A stretch of 64,000 nt of DNA from Macrostomum hystrix (Eukaryota; Animalia; Platyhelminthes), in the NCBI GenBank assembly GCA_950097015.1, contig CATNEN010000038.1, positions 22,506,001 through 22,570,000 of the forward strand, written 5' to 3'. The position numbers and the translations under genes are program-made. This document shows positions 51,926-64,000 of this stretch, in pieces (within the stretch, counting starts at the first letter, position 1; each line of letters starts with the position of its first letter). The notes beneath the pieces are model-generated. The model worked only from the letters and a program-made list of their open reading frames with translations, did not search any database and was not told the origin of the DNA.

Positions 51926-54900
51926 TCACATCCAGCCAGGACCAACCAGCTGCGGCGACACCTGCTCTTCGCTCATAGATTTTTTGATGCCAGCAAACTG
52001 CTGCTGTTGCTGGTAATGACCGGGCATAGGCGGCACGTGCTGGCCCATGTAACCGCTGGCAAAGTCGCCTCCACCGGTCATCATGTTAGTAGGAGCATTG
52101 CCGCTAGCGCTAGCTGAATTGTTTGTCATTAGATCGACCGACGAATAGCGACGCTCACCCATAGCAGCAGCGGCAGCAGCAGCCGCGGCAGCGTTGTTGC
52201 CGTAAACACCGGGCATGCTGTTGGCAAACCAGGCGCTGGAAGCATTGGCTAACATTGGGCCAGCAACAACAGAGTTTGGAGCGCAGTTACCAGAATTAGC
52301 CACGGTGTCGGCCACACTGGACCGGCTCCACATGTCTTCCATGTCGTTAATCAGCTGGCGAACGCTAGTGTTGTAATCGCCGGCCACAGCGCCGCCCAGA
52401 CTGCCGGCATAGTCGCCAGCAGACATGACCGGACCGCCAGTAAGCCTTGACGCGGTCGGCATAGCGTATTTGCTGTCAACTGCAATAGAAAAAAATATCT
52501 AGTTCTTAGTGTTTCTGGATTGAGGACCGTTCACCTTATCCAAAAAAATTTACAGGAGGGCTTCTACACAAGGGTGTAAGCCCCAGCATGGGCGACAAGC
52601 CCCCAGCCTTCTCTTCGCGGCTGCGCCTTAAATAAATGTGGCTTTGCCGAATAATCGAGCCCAGGAATCTTGGTGCGAGAAGCTAATGTGCTAACCGCTC
52701 TGCGATTAAAAACCATGTTCAGTTTACAACACACAATACGAGCTGTGTGATGACTGTGAAACTGATCAATACGGCGTATAACTAAAAGTATTAATCATGT
52801 ATAGAAAATAGATTGCAAAGCGTTGAATTTAAAGCAAATCTGTTGACTTGTACACGAGAATGAGTGTCGAGTCCGACTGCATGCGCCGTTACAGTACCCG
52901 AGAACACACTCTTTTATCTAGAGGTGACTCACCGCCATTGCCAGCGACAGATCGATTAGTGGCGCCGCTAGTGACAGCGGAATTGACGCCGCCACCGCCA
53001 CTGACGGAGCCGCCCGAAGGTGCCGGAGTCTTGCGCTGAGTGTCTTCAACCTGGCGACGCTGATGAAAGTCGCGCACGAGTTTGGAGGCCTCGGCGGACG
53101 GTTCCAGGTCAGGGTCGAGCCAGAGGCCCTGGCAGCGCAGGGTGACATACTCGCAGATGAGCTGTTTAGCGAATTTCACCTTGTCCGTGGCGCCGCAGAT
53201 GGTGAAGTAAGTCTGGGGAGGCGGCAGGCCAGGAAAGGACTCCTGCTTGCGCGGCGTGGCAATGTGAGTATCGGACAGCTGTTGCACCCAACGAATGGTT
53301 TGGCCATTAGCGCCGACAATTAGGCCAACTTTGTCCTGCTCAACATAGAGTCGGTCTTCGATGCGATTAGGCTCGGTGCGTTGCATACGCTCCTGTTGAA
53401 CCTTGGTGAAGTGCTCGCTCATGCGCAGAATGATGCTCTTGGCCTGTGTTTATCAGTTGTGGTTAAGGATTTAAAGCTTTTAAAAATATTTTTCTATTGC
53501 TAAATTAGGGATTAGACAATTAGGAATTTTGTCCCTAAGTGGCTGAACTTTGTTTTATTAAGATATTAAGAATAGTAGGAAAATATGACTAAGGGTTCTT
53601 ACCTCAGCAAGCTTTTCTGGTAGGCCAGTCACTTCAAAAATTGGCGGCTCATCACGTGATGGCGTCTTTACCCAGACTTTGAGCTGTTCGCGAAGCTGCT
53701 TTATGCGCTGGCCTAAATCATGTTTTAAGAGAATTCATCTTATTTGGTTGGTAAATTGCTTAACTGGGAAATACTAGAATTTTACAAATTTATATTTTTT
53801 TTCATATCCGACTTTCCAAATGAGTCAGTCATAAGCATGATTAAAAAATTACTCATGAGATACTTTAGTCATACATCTAGATGTTGCTAAATTTGTTAAG
53901 TACTTGTAGCCAAGAGTCTTAAATTAAGAAAGAACCTGTCTCTGATATCTATTGCTACATTTATACTCCATATGAACTAATACATTTTAGATTGGAGTAG
54001 TTTACTTTTCTTATTAGAATAAATGACATTTGTAGATATGTGACTATCACATTCTTAATAAGCCTGTTACATCCTGAGGATCACAAATACATTGTTTCAC
54101 AAATTTTCACTTTTGTATTTTTTCATAATTTTTACTTAATACTTGTTGCATATCTTATAAAACTAGGGGACTTGTTGCCTATTTGAGACCCCCATAGTGT
54201 TTTAGATCTGTATGGTCTGTCCATAGGTCTTACTTTCTTAGCTGGTTATACTAAGTTTAACAATATATAAAAAATAATTGTACCTGGAAAAATATACCTA
54301 GAAAAAGAAGTTATCTAATTGAAGATTGAATACAATATAATAGATGTGCCAAGAAAAGATTCTATCACACAATTATGACTAAATTTATGGGGGTTATAGT
54401 ATTAAAGACTGCAGAATTTGTATGATTAAGGTTGATTAAAAGCTTTAGTAACCAGAAATTGAATAACTTAGTAACAATAATAATGATCTTCATAATGTCT
54501 ACATATTTTACTAATTCAACTGAAAAAATACTGAAAGCAACATTGTAACAGGTCAACATAATTTGTCTAGTAAAAGATATAGACTCCATATGTTTATTCT
54601 GGTTAAAGTCTTTGAACAATAAGGAAATTTGAACTGAATTAGAAAATTTAGTAATTTAGAAAATGATGCTCAATAAATATTAGATTTTGAGTCAGGATAA
54701 AAATGATCATGATGTTGCTAATCAATAAGATTGAAAAGCATATAAAATATTTAACTAAGAAACTGTTCTTTACTTAAATTACTTACAAAGTTTAGCTTTT
54801 AAAAGAAAAAGTGAAAAAACCCTATTTTTTTGACAAGAAATTGGTATCTAGCTAATAATAGCTTCTGGTCTCTTTGTCTGCTGACATCTTATCTGGCAAT

Positions 54901-56617
54901 AAACAAGATGAATTTTTTGTTGGCAAGTAAAATTCATAAGCAGATGAGTTGGCCAACTTGGTATTTACTAGAAAAAGAATAAAATTAAACATCCTGCTAC
55001 TACTCTTATAGCCAACTACAATTACAAAAGAGCTAGGACATTTCTGTTTATGGTAATTATACCATGCCAAAAACATGTCAACTATTTCTATGGTAACAGT
55101 ACACTGACAAAAAGGCTTGCTTATCAGCATGGAAGAATAGACAGATAGGCTCTTGCATTTTCTACACAAGGACTACTAGGGTAATGTATCATCAACCGAA
55201 CAGTGTATCTTCAAAACCGAACAAGAATTTTGACTCCTTCCTTGGTCTCATGCAAGACAGAAACAAGCTATTGTTTTTCACAGAACAACTAATTTGAAAG
55301 TTGAAGAAATTATCTACAAGCTGAGGCATGATGTGCAATGAAGCATTAAGAGGAAAAAAAGATATTGATGTTTCAGTAGAAATTTTTATTGCAAAAGCAT
55401 ACTTTTTAACATTTTTTCAGTATGTACTTTAGACGAAGATTGTATGCGGTTGCTTGCCAATTAAATGACCATAAATGTAGTTATTTATAGAGCATGAAAA
55501 ATGCTTTCAAATGACATAATTCATGATAGTTCACTCCTTAAAAATAAGATTAAACCACTCACTCAAATAGTAAAACCAAACATCAAATTCCCTGTTTGGT
55601 TTGAAGATACATGAAAATCATTGTTCGGTTTTAGATAAAAAGCAGGAATAACATTTTTTCTATTTGTCAAAATAGCAAAAGCAGATACTTTTTAGAAAGA
55701 TGTAACTGTTTTCTATAACTTGGCTTTTGATTTATCATCATATCTTAAATAGAAAATCTGTAGCTTAGGTTTGAAGTTAAAAAAATACACATTCTTGTTT
55801 GGTTGATGATACATTACCCTAGCAGATTACTCTTTTCCTAATGGTCCTTTCTTTGTTTTCTAGTAGATAAGGACATATCTATAAAGGCCAAGAAAAAGAA
55901 AAACAATGTAATATTTCAAAAGTACACATTAACAATAGTAAAATATATTTAGAAGAAAACATTATAAATACTAAATAGGCCAAACCATGTAAAAAGCTAA
56001 ATAGGTCAACATGGATTGCAAAGGCCAAGAACTTCAAGAAGCTAGCTAAAAGTTACTCTTGAAGTTGTAAATGAATAGTTAAAATATTTACCATTTTTGC
56101 CAACAATCTCTGCCACATGATCTGATGAAGGTACTTGAATGCGCTCAGTATTAGTCATATATCTTTTCTCTTGGCTAGATTCTAGTGGGTCTGGCATAAC
56201 ACCTTGGAGAATGTCAAGTGACTGCTTTTTAAGAGATATTTTCTGTTGGAGAGATTCAAAATCAGTGGAAGCGTACTGAATTGGCTTAGATCCACCCATT
56301 GGCATCATAAGGTTATAATTGTTCATCTGAGGGTACTGAGTACCCCCAATCTGGTTAAAAGCAAAATTCATTTCTGAAGCAGCTGGGTGGTAATTGCTGC
56401 TTCGTTGATACATGGCAGAGTATAGTGACGCGCCCTCACTGAATCCATTCTCACTATCGTACTTTCCATTTTCCGAGAATAACGTTCCCTGACCGTTAAC
56501 ATCCACAGGAAACATGGAGGATGGCGAGACTTGACTAGCCTGACTTTGGGGTAAAAAGTTGTCAAAGTCGATGTTTGCAGGTTGGAAGTCGTTAGCAAAT
56601 GCACTACCACTAGTCAT
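51926..56617 (-). CDS. mex-3: MEX-3-like tandem KH-domain RNA-binding protein; exons 56617-56092, 53712-53603, 53443-52933, 52479-51926; 566 aa; no RING domain
   Basis: TERIQVPSSDHVAEIVGKNG...KTPSRDEPPIFEVTG...SEHF and KH2 VGLIVGANGQTIRWVQQLSDTHIATP; exon lengths sum to 1701 nt in frame. Confidence 0.88.
52592..52703 (-). mobile_element. SINE family A 5' fragment in a mex-3 intron
   Basis: GACAAGCCCCC.GCCTTCTC..CGCGGCTGCGCC...TTGGTGCGAGA...CCGCTCTGC. Confidence 0.7.
55179..55819 (-). mobile_element. TA-flanked MITE, copy 3 (inverted), in mex-3 intron 1
   Basis: Reverse complement of copy 2; same TIRs and TA flanks; carries the empty hAT target GTCTAAAG once. Confidence 0.92.
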
Positions 56618-57911
56618 GTAGTCAGAGTGGGCAAGCGGCTTTTTATGACCAGCGTCCGCGGATAGCATTATTAGCAAAATTGAAATGAAATAAAACTAAT
56701 GAGATGACAACTACAAGCACAGTCGCATGCTGCCTAGACATTTGGACCAAAAGAAAAAAGTGTATTAGCTTACAATAAATGCGCAAAGCAGTTTATACAT
56801 AAGCACTTTAACAAAAATGAAGCCTGCGTTTTAGTTTACTCGTAAATTAAGCTATTGCAAAACTTTTTAAAAATAAAAACAGCTACATAAATACACATGT
56901 TTTATCTTATGTTGTATAACTGTTTTTGTAATCTGTTTCTACTACAATGAAAACTAAATTCGAATTATCTTTAACTTTTTCTTTTTTTTCAAGCAAAAAA
57001 TTTATGGCGGAACGCTTTTCGCACATGTAAATGAAGATTAAAGAATCGTGGTTTCAAAGGTGACTCTGCAAAAAAGCAATTGTTATATCTGAAACTTTTT
57101 GAAGGTCTTTGTAGCAAAGCTTTTTTCTTACGAGTTAACAAAAAAGTTAAAGCATTGAACTCGCCAGTTTCTATCTTTTAAGATAGAATTAATATGCTGT
57201 ACTCTTTATATTAGACTCATGAGCATAGTCTTATGCTTTGAATAGGAAAACGATCAGTAAAGTAATACAACAGCTACCATTGTATATTTTAAAATATTTT
57301 TCTGCTAGATATATATGTATTTGTATATGTAGTAGATGTAGTGTAGTAACGCGGCAGAAAAGCTTTTACTACTAGTTACTAGTTATAAACTCTTAATTCT
57401 GGTGTAAGAACTATGGCAAGTGAGAAAATGCCCCCTTTTGCAAGCTACAAAAAATTGCGCCTTTACATTTAATTTGTTTCATGGCAAGTTTTCGTGTTTG
57501 ATGCAGGATTTGCTTAAAATGAAATTTTTATTCTTTTTTGAAATAGTAATTTAATAGATTGATAATTTTAATACAACTTTACATAATTGCAAAAAAGGTT
57601 GAGCTAGTTCGTACATAGCGCATCTTCTTAAGAGAGCTTTTAAAACTATAAACTAATTTTTTTAACGATTTTAGTGGAACAGACTTCAGGGTTTGCGGAT
57701 AGAATGATATATTTCAATTGTGTTACGTTTGTCTATTTTAAAATGATAAGTATCTGGTTACTTTTTTCATGCACTAGCAAACATTACTTTTAATACTGAT
57801 CGTGCGTTACAAATATTCCATTTTTAGTCGTCAATCAACTCTTACGAAAGATAAGTGATTAAAAAATCGGCTTGATTTGCATTTTCTATCAAAGAGTCTG
57901 CAAAGAACATT

Positions 57912-57925
57912 GTTGTCATGGCAAC
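57912..57925. promoter_or_regulatory. RFX X-box overlapping the first ATG of TSNAXIP1
   Basis: GTTGTCATGGCAAC fits the GTHNYY-AT-RRNAAC consensus. Confidence 0.6.
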
Positions 57926-60900
57926 GGTTAGCAAGGCTGCCGCGGCAGCGGCAGGCGAAAAGTCGGTAACCTACGAAGTGCAAGGCCAAAAGTACGTCCT
58001 ACCGCCGCCATCGCTCACCAAGCCTTTAAACTCGGGCGCAGAGTCCAGCGGCCTGCTGGACACCTGGCCGGCGCACGCCTCTTGCCGCGCCGTCCCTGAC
58101 AGCCAAGTCCTACTCACCAAGGACAGCCGACTTGTTGTCATTGACGACGAGTCCGCCGGCCGGCCTAATTTACTGCCGAAGCCGAAGTTCCTGGAACAAT
58201 TAGAAGGCTATCTGAAGCGCGAATTGAAGTCGCACAATGTCACGGAGGTAGCCGCCAGCACCATTCGGCTGCAGATTCATCGAGAAGTGTTTGAGTACCT
58301 GATCGAGGCGTTCAAGACTTATAAGCCGCTCTTGGCTGTTATCAAACGCGAGTACGAAATGATGATCGCGCACCTAAGGGATGAGATTCGCCGACTGGAA
58401 CCAATGAAGGAGATGCTGTGGACCCTCAGCCAGGAGTGCGATCAGAAAATCATGGCCATCAGGGCTGAGGAGAAGGACGGTAGGTGTGCATTTGATTTTT
58501 TTACAAACTGGGCGGCCAGAAAGCGGCTTTTTGCGCGTTTACCTGTGGGACTATTAAGTCCCCTGAGGTTTATTACACATTATTCAGGCCGCATTCATTT
58601 CGGAGCTGGTTCTGCAATTTACGCTCTTTAGGCACATAGCTTTAAGTCACAGACTTAAACCCAAATCTAACCTAGGGGTCAGTAAAACAGGAGAGAATTG
58701 CGTCCTCGCTGGCAACTGTCACCTGATGATGTGCCTTGTGTCCCAAAAAATACACAGAGATGCGCCACCTCCGCTCGCTAAACCTGGGACTGCGCGAAAA
58801 AATTGATCGCATGCGCGAACAGCAGCGAGACCTTGAGCAGCAGGTTGAGACGCTAAAACTCGAACTAGCCGAAATGCAACAGCGCTACAGGGACGAGGCC
58901 GACAGTCGCAAGCTTCTGGTTGCGGATATGAACGAACTCCGCTCACAGCAGGAGGACCTCAGCATCTTCAAGAAGGCTGCCGACTCGGAGGACAGCGGCG
59001 AGGATCCTGTGCAGCTGCGCATCGGACTCAACCAGGTCTGCATGGACTCACCTTCACATGGATATCTCACAGCCTCTCTGTCTCTCTGTCTCTTTCTCTC
59101 TGTCTCTCTGTCTCTCTGTCTCTCTGTCTCTCTGTCTCTCTGTCTCTCTGTCTCTCTGTCTCTCTGTCTCTCTGTCTCTCTGTCTCTCTGTCTCTCTGTC
59201 TCTCTGTCTCTCTGTCTCTCTGTCTCTCTGTCTCTCTGTCTCTCTGTCTCTCTGTCTCTCTGTCTCTCTGTCTCTCTGTCTCTCTGTCTCTCTGTCTCTC
59301 TTTATCTCTGTCTCTCTGTCTCTCTGTCTTTCTGTCTCTCTTTCTCTCTGTCTCGCTTCCTCTCTGTCTCGCTTCCTCTCTGCCTCTCTTCCTCTCTGTC
59401 TCTCTGTCTCTCTGCCTCTCTGCCTCTCTGTCTCTCTGTCTCTCTGTCTCTCTGTCTCTCTGCCTCTCTGTCTCTCTGTCTCTCTGTCTTTCTGTCTCTC
59501 TGTCTTTCTGTCTCTCTGTCTCTCTGTCTCTCTGTCTCTCTTTCTCTCTGTCTCGCTTCCTCTCTGTCTCTCTGCCTATCTGTCTCTCTGTCTCTCTTTC
59601 TCTCTGTCTCGCTTCCTCTCTGCCTCTCTTCCTCTCTGTCTCTCTACCTCTCTGTCTCTCTGTCTCTCTTTCTCTCTGTCTCTCTGTTTCTGTCTCTCTT
59701 TCTCTCTGTCTCTCTGCCTCTCTGTCTCTCTGTCTCTCTGCCTCTCTGTCTCTCTGTCTCTCTGTCTCTGTCTCTCTTTCTCTCTGTCTCTCTTTCTCTC
59801 TGTCTCGCTTCCTCACTGCCTCTCTTCCTCTCTGTCTCTCTGTCTCTCTGCCTCTCTGTCTCTCTGTCTCTCTGCCTCTCTGTCTCTCTGCCTCTCTGTC
59901 TCTCTGTCTCTCTGTCCCTGTCTCTCACCCTGCTAGTCTCATTCAATCCTTACAGGCCAAGAAGTCCCAGGCCGAGCTGATAGATCGCATCACTCGCATG
60001 GAGGCTGACTACTCGGATGTGGTTCCCAGGCGTCAGTTTGAGACCCTCTCGGCTCAGTTCACCACTATGGAGGCCGAGTATGGCAACTACAAACGGGATA
60101 CGGACAAGCTCATAGATGAGCACAGGTGCGCTGATTACTTTTTATTCATTTTTTTCTCTAGAGTTTTTCCAAAAGATACTTTGCAATTTATATTTCTTCA
60201 ATACTTTAATACTTAATTTCAATACTTGATTTTTATTCTAGCATCAACTGTAAAAAAGCATTACTGCACTCAATACAGATGTTACATGGAACACTTAAAT
60301 TCTCATTCTCCTCTCCTCGCCTCTCCTGACATTTGTTACTCTCGTCTCCTCTTCTCTCCGCTCCTCTCCTTCTCCTTTCTCTCCGCCCTTTCCTCTCCTC
60401 TCGTCTCCTCTTCTCTCCGCTCCTCTCCTTCTCCTTTCTCTCCGCCCTTTCCTCTCCTCTCCTCTCCTTTCCTCTCCTCTCCTCTCCTCTCCTCTCCTCT
60501 CCTCTCCTCTCCTCTCCTCTCCTCTCCTCTCCTCTCCTCTCCTCTCCTCTCCTCTCCTCTCCTCTCCTCTCCTCTCCTCTCCTCTCCTCTCCTCTCCTCT
60601 CCTCTCCTCTCCTCTCCTATCCTGTCCTCTTCTCACCTCTGGGACTGGGAATCAGCACTCAGTGAGATCTCCTAGTGAGACTAGTTTCGCCAAATGTTTG
60701 GGTGCAAAAACCGATTTCGCTGACAACAGGCGTAAAGGCAGCTACAGGAAGTTTATCGACAGTCACACCCAGACAGACTGTGAGCCAATGATCTCGGCCA
60801 TAGACGAATTCGACGCTGGCAATGAGCGAGAAGCTAATGAACAACGGATGCAGTTGCGGCGCGGTAGTCTGCAGTCAGTGAAATTCGACCTTTCTGTAAA

Positions 60901-62924
60901 AACTAGTTATGTTTCAAAAGAGGTTCACACAAATATTTCTGCGCAGTCTGTGTATTATAGCTAGCGAATTCATTCACACGTTTTAAAATGGTTCGTTTTC
61001 CAAAGCTGTCTGTTGTTAATCAGTGTTTTTTATTCACCATAGTAAACTTGTTTGTAAATCTAGGTATGTAGAAAGTCCATGTTGCAATCACGCGTTTGTT
61101 TGTATCAGTTGGTCTCGATAAAAAACTGTTTATTTAATTTACTTTTTTTCTATACGATAACTTTCAAGGGCACTGCAGGACCTCTACGAGCAGGTGCTGA
61201 AACAACGTGATCAGTACTATACTGAAGCTGAGCAGCTCAAGGGCACAGCAACGCCAAGGTAATTAGACTCAGTGGGATTAGACTCAGTGAGATTAGACTC
61301 AGTGAGATTAGACTCAATGAGATTAGACTCAGTGAGATTAGACTCAGTGGGATTAGACACTGTGAGATTAGACTCAATGAGATTAGACTCAGTGAGATTA
61401 GACTCAATGAGATTAGACTCAGTGAGATTAGACTCAGTGAGATTAGACTCAATGAGATTAGACTCAGTGAGATTAGACTCAGTGGGATTAGACACTGTGA
61501 GATTAGACTCAATGAGATTAGACTCAGTGAGATTAGACTCAATGAGATTAGACTCAGTGAGATTAGACTCAGTGAGATTAGACTCAATGAGATTAGACTC
61601 AGTGAGATTAGACTCAGTGGGATTAGACACTGTGAGATTAGACTCAATGAGATTAGACTCAGTGAGATTAGACTCAATGAGATTAGACTCAGTGAGATTA
61701 GACTCAATGAGATTAGACTCAGTGAGATTAGACTCAGTGAGATTAGACTCAATGAGATTAGACTCGGTGAGATTAGATTCAGTGAGATTAGACTCAATGA
61801 GATTAGACTCAGTGAGATTAGACTCAGTGAGATTAGACTCAATGAGATTAGACTCAGTGAGATTAGACTCAGTGGGATTAGACACTGTGAGATTAGACTC
61901 AATGAGATTAGACTCAGTGAGATTAGACTCAATGAGATTAGACTCAGTGAGATTAGACTCAGTGAGATTAGACTCAATGAGATTAGACTCAGTGAGATTA
62001 GACTCAGTGGGATTAGACACTGTGAGATTAGACTCAATGAGATTAGACTCAGTGAGATTAGACTCAATGAGATTAGACTCAGTGAGATTAGACTCAGTGA
62101 GATTAGACTCAATGAGATTAGACTCAGTGAGATTAGACTCAGTGGGATTAGACACTGTGAGATTAGACTCAATGAGATTAGACTCAGTGAGATTAGACTC
62201 AATGAGATTAGACTCAGTGAGATTAGACTCAATGAGATTAGACTCAGTGAGATTAGACTCAGTGAGATTAGACTCAATGAGATTAGACTCGGTGAGATTA
62301 GATTCAGTGAGATTAGACTCAATGAGATTAGACTCAGTGAGATTAGACTCAATGAGATTAGATTCAGTGAGATTAGACTCAGTGAGATTAGACTCAGTGA
62401 GATTAGACTCAATGAGATTAGACTCAGTGAGATTAGACTCAGTGGGATTAGACACTGTGAGATTAGACTCAATGAGATTAGACTCAGTGAGATTAGACTC
62501 AATGAGATTAGACTCAGTGAGATTAGACTCAATGAGATTAGACTCAGTGAGATTAGACTCAGTGAGATTAGACTCAATGAGATTAGACTCAATGAGATTA
62601 GACTCGGTGAGATTAGATTCAGTGAGATTAGACTCAATGAGATTAGATTCAGTGAGATTAGACTCAATGAGATTAGACTCAGTGAGAGATTAGACACATG
62701 AGATCAGTCTCATGGATTCATAGCACTAGATCGGAATCTACTTATCCCATCACAGGCCGGAGTGGGAGCGCTGCGGTGAGTATATTTCAGGCGGCGCCGA
62801 CCGTTGGAAGGAGCTGAGTCAGGGCAAACGCTCGGACGAGCTGGTAGACATCATTCTGCAGGAGATGTCCGGCCTCACAACTGGCGAGGCTCAGATGCTT
62901 GAAGGGCTTGGCTACGATGACAAG
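57918..62924 (+). CDS. TSNAXIP1: Translin-associated factor X-interacting protein 1, 3'-incomplete; exons 57918-58479, 58758-59035, 59956-60125, 61169-61258, 62756-62924
   Basis: [66 protein letters not shown]; splice phases consistent. Confidence 0.88.
59073..59925. repeat. Polypyrimidine (TCTCTG/TCTCTCTG)n tract filling TSNAXIP1 intron 2
   Basis: Seen directly. Confidence 0.97.
60308..60620. repeat. (CTCTC)n microsatellite in TSNAXIP1 intron 3
   Basis: Seen directly. Confidence 0.96.
61259..62695. repeat. 15-bp satellite (GAGATTAGACTCA[G/A]T), ~95 units with higher-order variants, filling TSNAXIP1 intron 4
   Basis: Seen directly; starts at the GT donor. Confidence 0.98.
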
Positions 62925-63006
62925 GTTGGTGATGAGTCATAGAGTCATTCAATTTTTGTGATGGTACTTCTAAATTAATCAGCTTGAGCATGCTGTCAAT
63001 TTTGTG

Positions 63007-64000
63007 TAGGATTCGGTTTGAGTAGGATTCAGTTTGAGTAGGATTCAGTTTGAGTAGGATTCAGTTTGAGTAGGATTCAGTTTGAGTAGGATTCAGTTTG
63101 AGTAGGATTCAGTTTGAGTAGGATTCAGTTTGAGTAGGATTCAGTTTGAGTAGGATTCAGTTTGAGTAGGATTCAGTTTGAGTAGGATTCAGTTTGAGTA
63201 GGATTCAGTTTGAGTAGGATTCAGTTTGAGTAGGATTCAGTTTGAGTAGGATTCAGTTTGAGTAGGATTCAGTTTGAGTAGGATTCAGTTTGAGTAGGAT
63301 TCAGTTTGAGTAGGATTCAGTTTGAGTAGGATTCAGTTTGAGTAGGATTCAGTTTGAGTAGGATTCAGTTTGAGTAGGATTCAGTTTGAGTAGGATTCAG
63401 TTTGAGTAGGATTCAGTTTGAGTAGGATTCAGTTTGAGTAGGATTCAGTTTGAGTAGGATTCAGTTTGAGTAGGATTCAGTTTGAGTAGGATTCAGTTTG
63501 AGTAGGATTCAGTTTGAGTAGGATTCAGTTTGAGTAGGATTCAGTTTGAGTAGGATTCAGTTTGAGTAGGATTCAGTTTGAGTAGGATTCAGTTTGAGTA
63601 GGATTCAGTTTGAGTAGGATTCGGTTTGAGTAGGATTCAGTTTGAGTAGGATTCAGTTTGAGTAGGATTCAGTTTGAGTAGGATTCGGTTTGAGTAGGAT
63701 TCGGTTTGAGTAGGATTCAGTTTGAGTAGGATTCAGTTTGAGTAGGATTCAGTTTGAGTAGGATTCAGTTTGAGTAGGATTCGGTTTGAGTAGGATTCAG
63801 TTTGAGTAGGATTCAGTTTGAGTAGGATTCAGTTTGAGTAGGATTCAGTTTGAGTAGGATTCAGTTTGAGTAGGATTCAGTTTGAGTAGGATTCAGTTTG
63901 AGTAGGATTCAGTTTGAGTAGGATTCAGTTTGAGTAGGATTCAGTTTGAGTAGGATTCAGTTTGAGTAGGATTCAGTTTGAGTAGGATTCAGTTTGAGTA
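63007..64000. repeat. Highly homogeneous 16-bp satellite (GTAGGATTCAGTTTGA)n in TSNAXIP1 intron 5, running off the window
   Basis: More than 60 units with only an A/G variant. Confidence 0.98.

Noticed and set aside
59058-60675. SLSLC / RQRDRE / SSPLL ORFs
   Set aside because: Simple CT repeats in introns
61217-62697. 400-490 aa ORFs on both strands (ESNLT, LDSVR, SLISL repeats)
   Set aside because: By-product of a 15-bp unit inside a GT-AG intron of TSNAXIP1; the flanking exons join in frame (TPRPEW)
63007-64000. Telomeric repeat at the window end
   Set aside because: The 16-bp unit is not TTAGGG-like and starts ~80 nt after a TSNAXIP1 donor

Overview
Eukaryotic (metazoan) genomic DNA with GC-rich, CAG-rich exons and AT-rich, repeat-laden introns. 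The style resembles a free-living flatworm such as Macrostomum; that is inference, not shown by the sequence. Spliced protein-coding genes, in order: the 3' part of a polycystin-1/PKD1-like gene (+, to 7628); two paralogous secreted fibrinogen-domain genes (-), one carrying a premature stop; an orphan Pro-rich/coiled-coil gene (-); a many-exon cytosolic carboxypeptidase AGBL2/3 (-); TMEM33 (-); a divergent RING-less MEX-3 (-); and the 5' part of TSNAXIP1 (+). Mobile DNA includes three copies of a TA-flanked MITE (one with a nested Buster-type hAT deletion derivative with a perfect 8-bp TSD), a 405-bp MITE with an 8-bp TSD, a Helitron-like 3' end, and two tRNA-headed SINE families. The most striking pattern is that many introns, especially in AGBL2/3 and TSNAXIP1, are each filled by their own minisatellite, often starting at the splice donor or ending at the acceptor. 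Some of these units are RFX- or NF-Y-like motifs, and one pair is mutually inverted. Exon boundaries were deduced by eye from GT/AG and reading-frame consistency.
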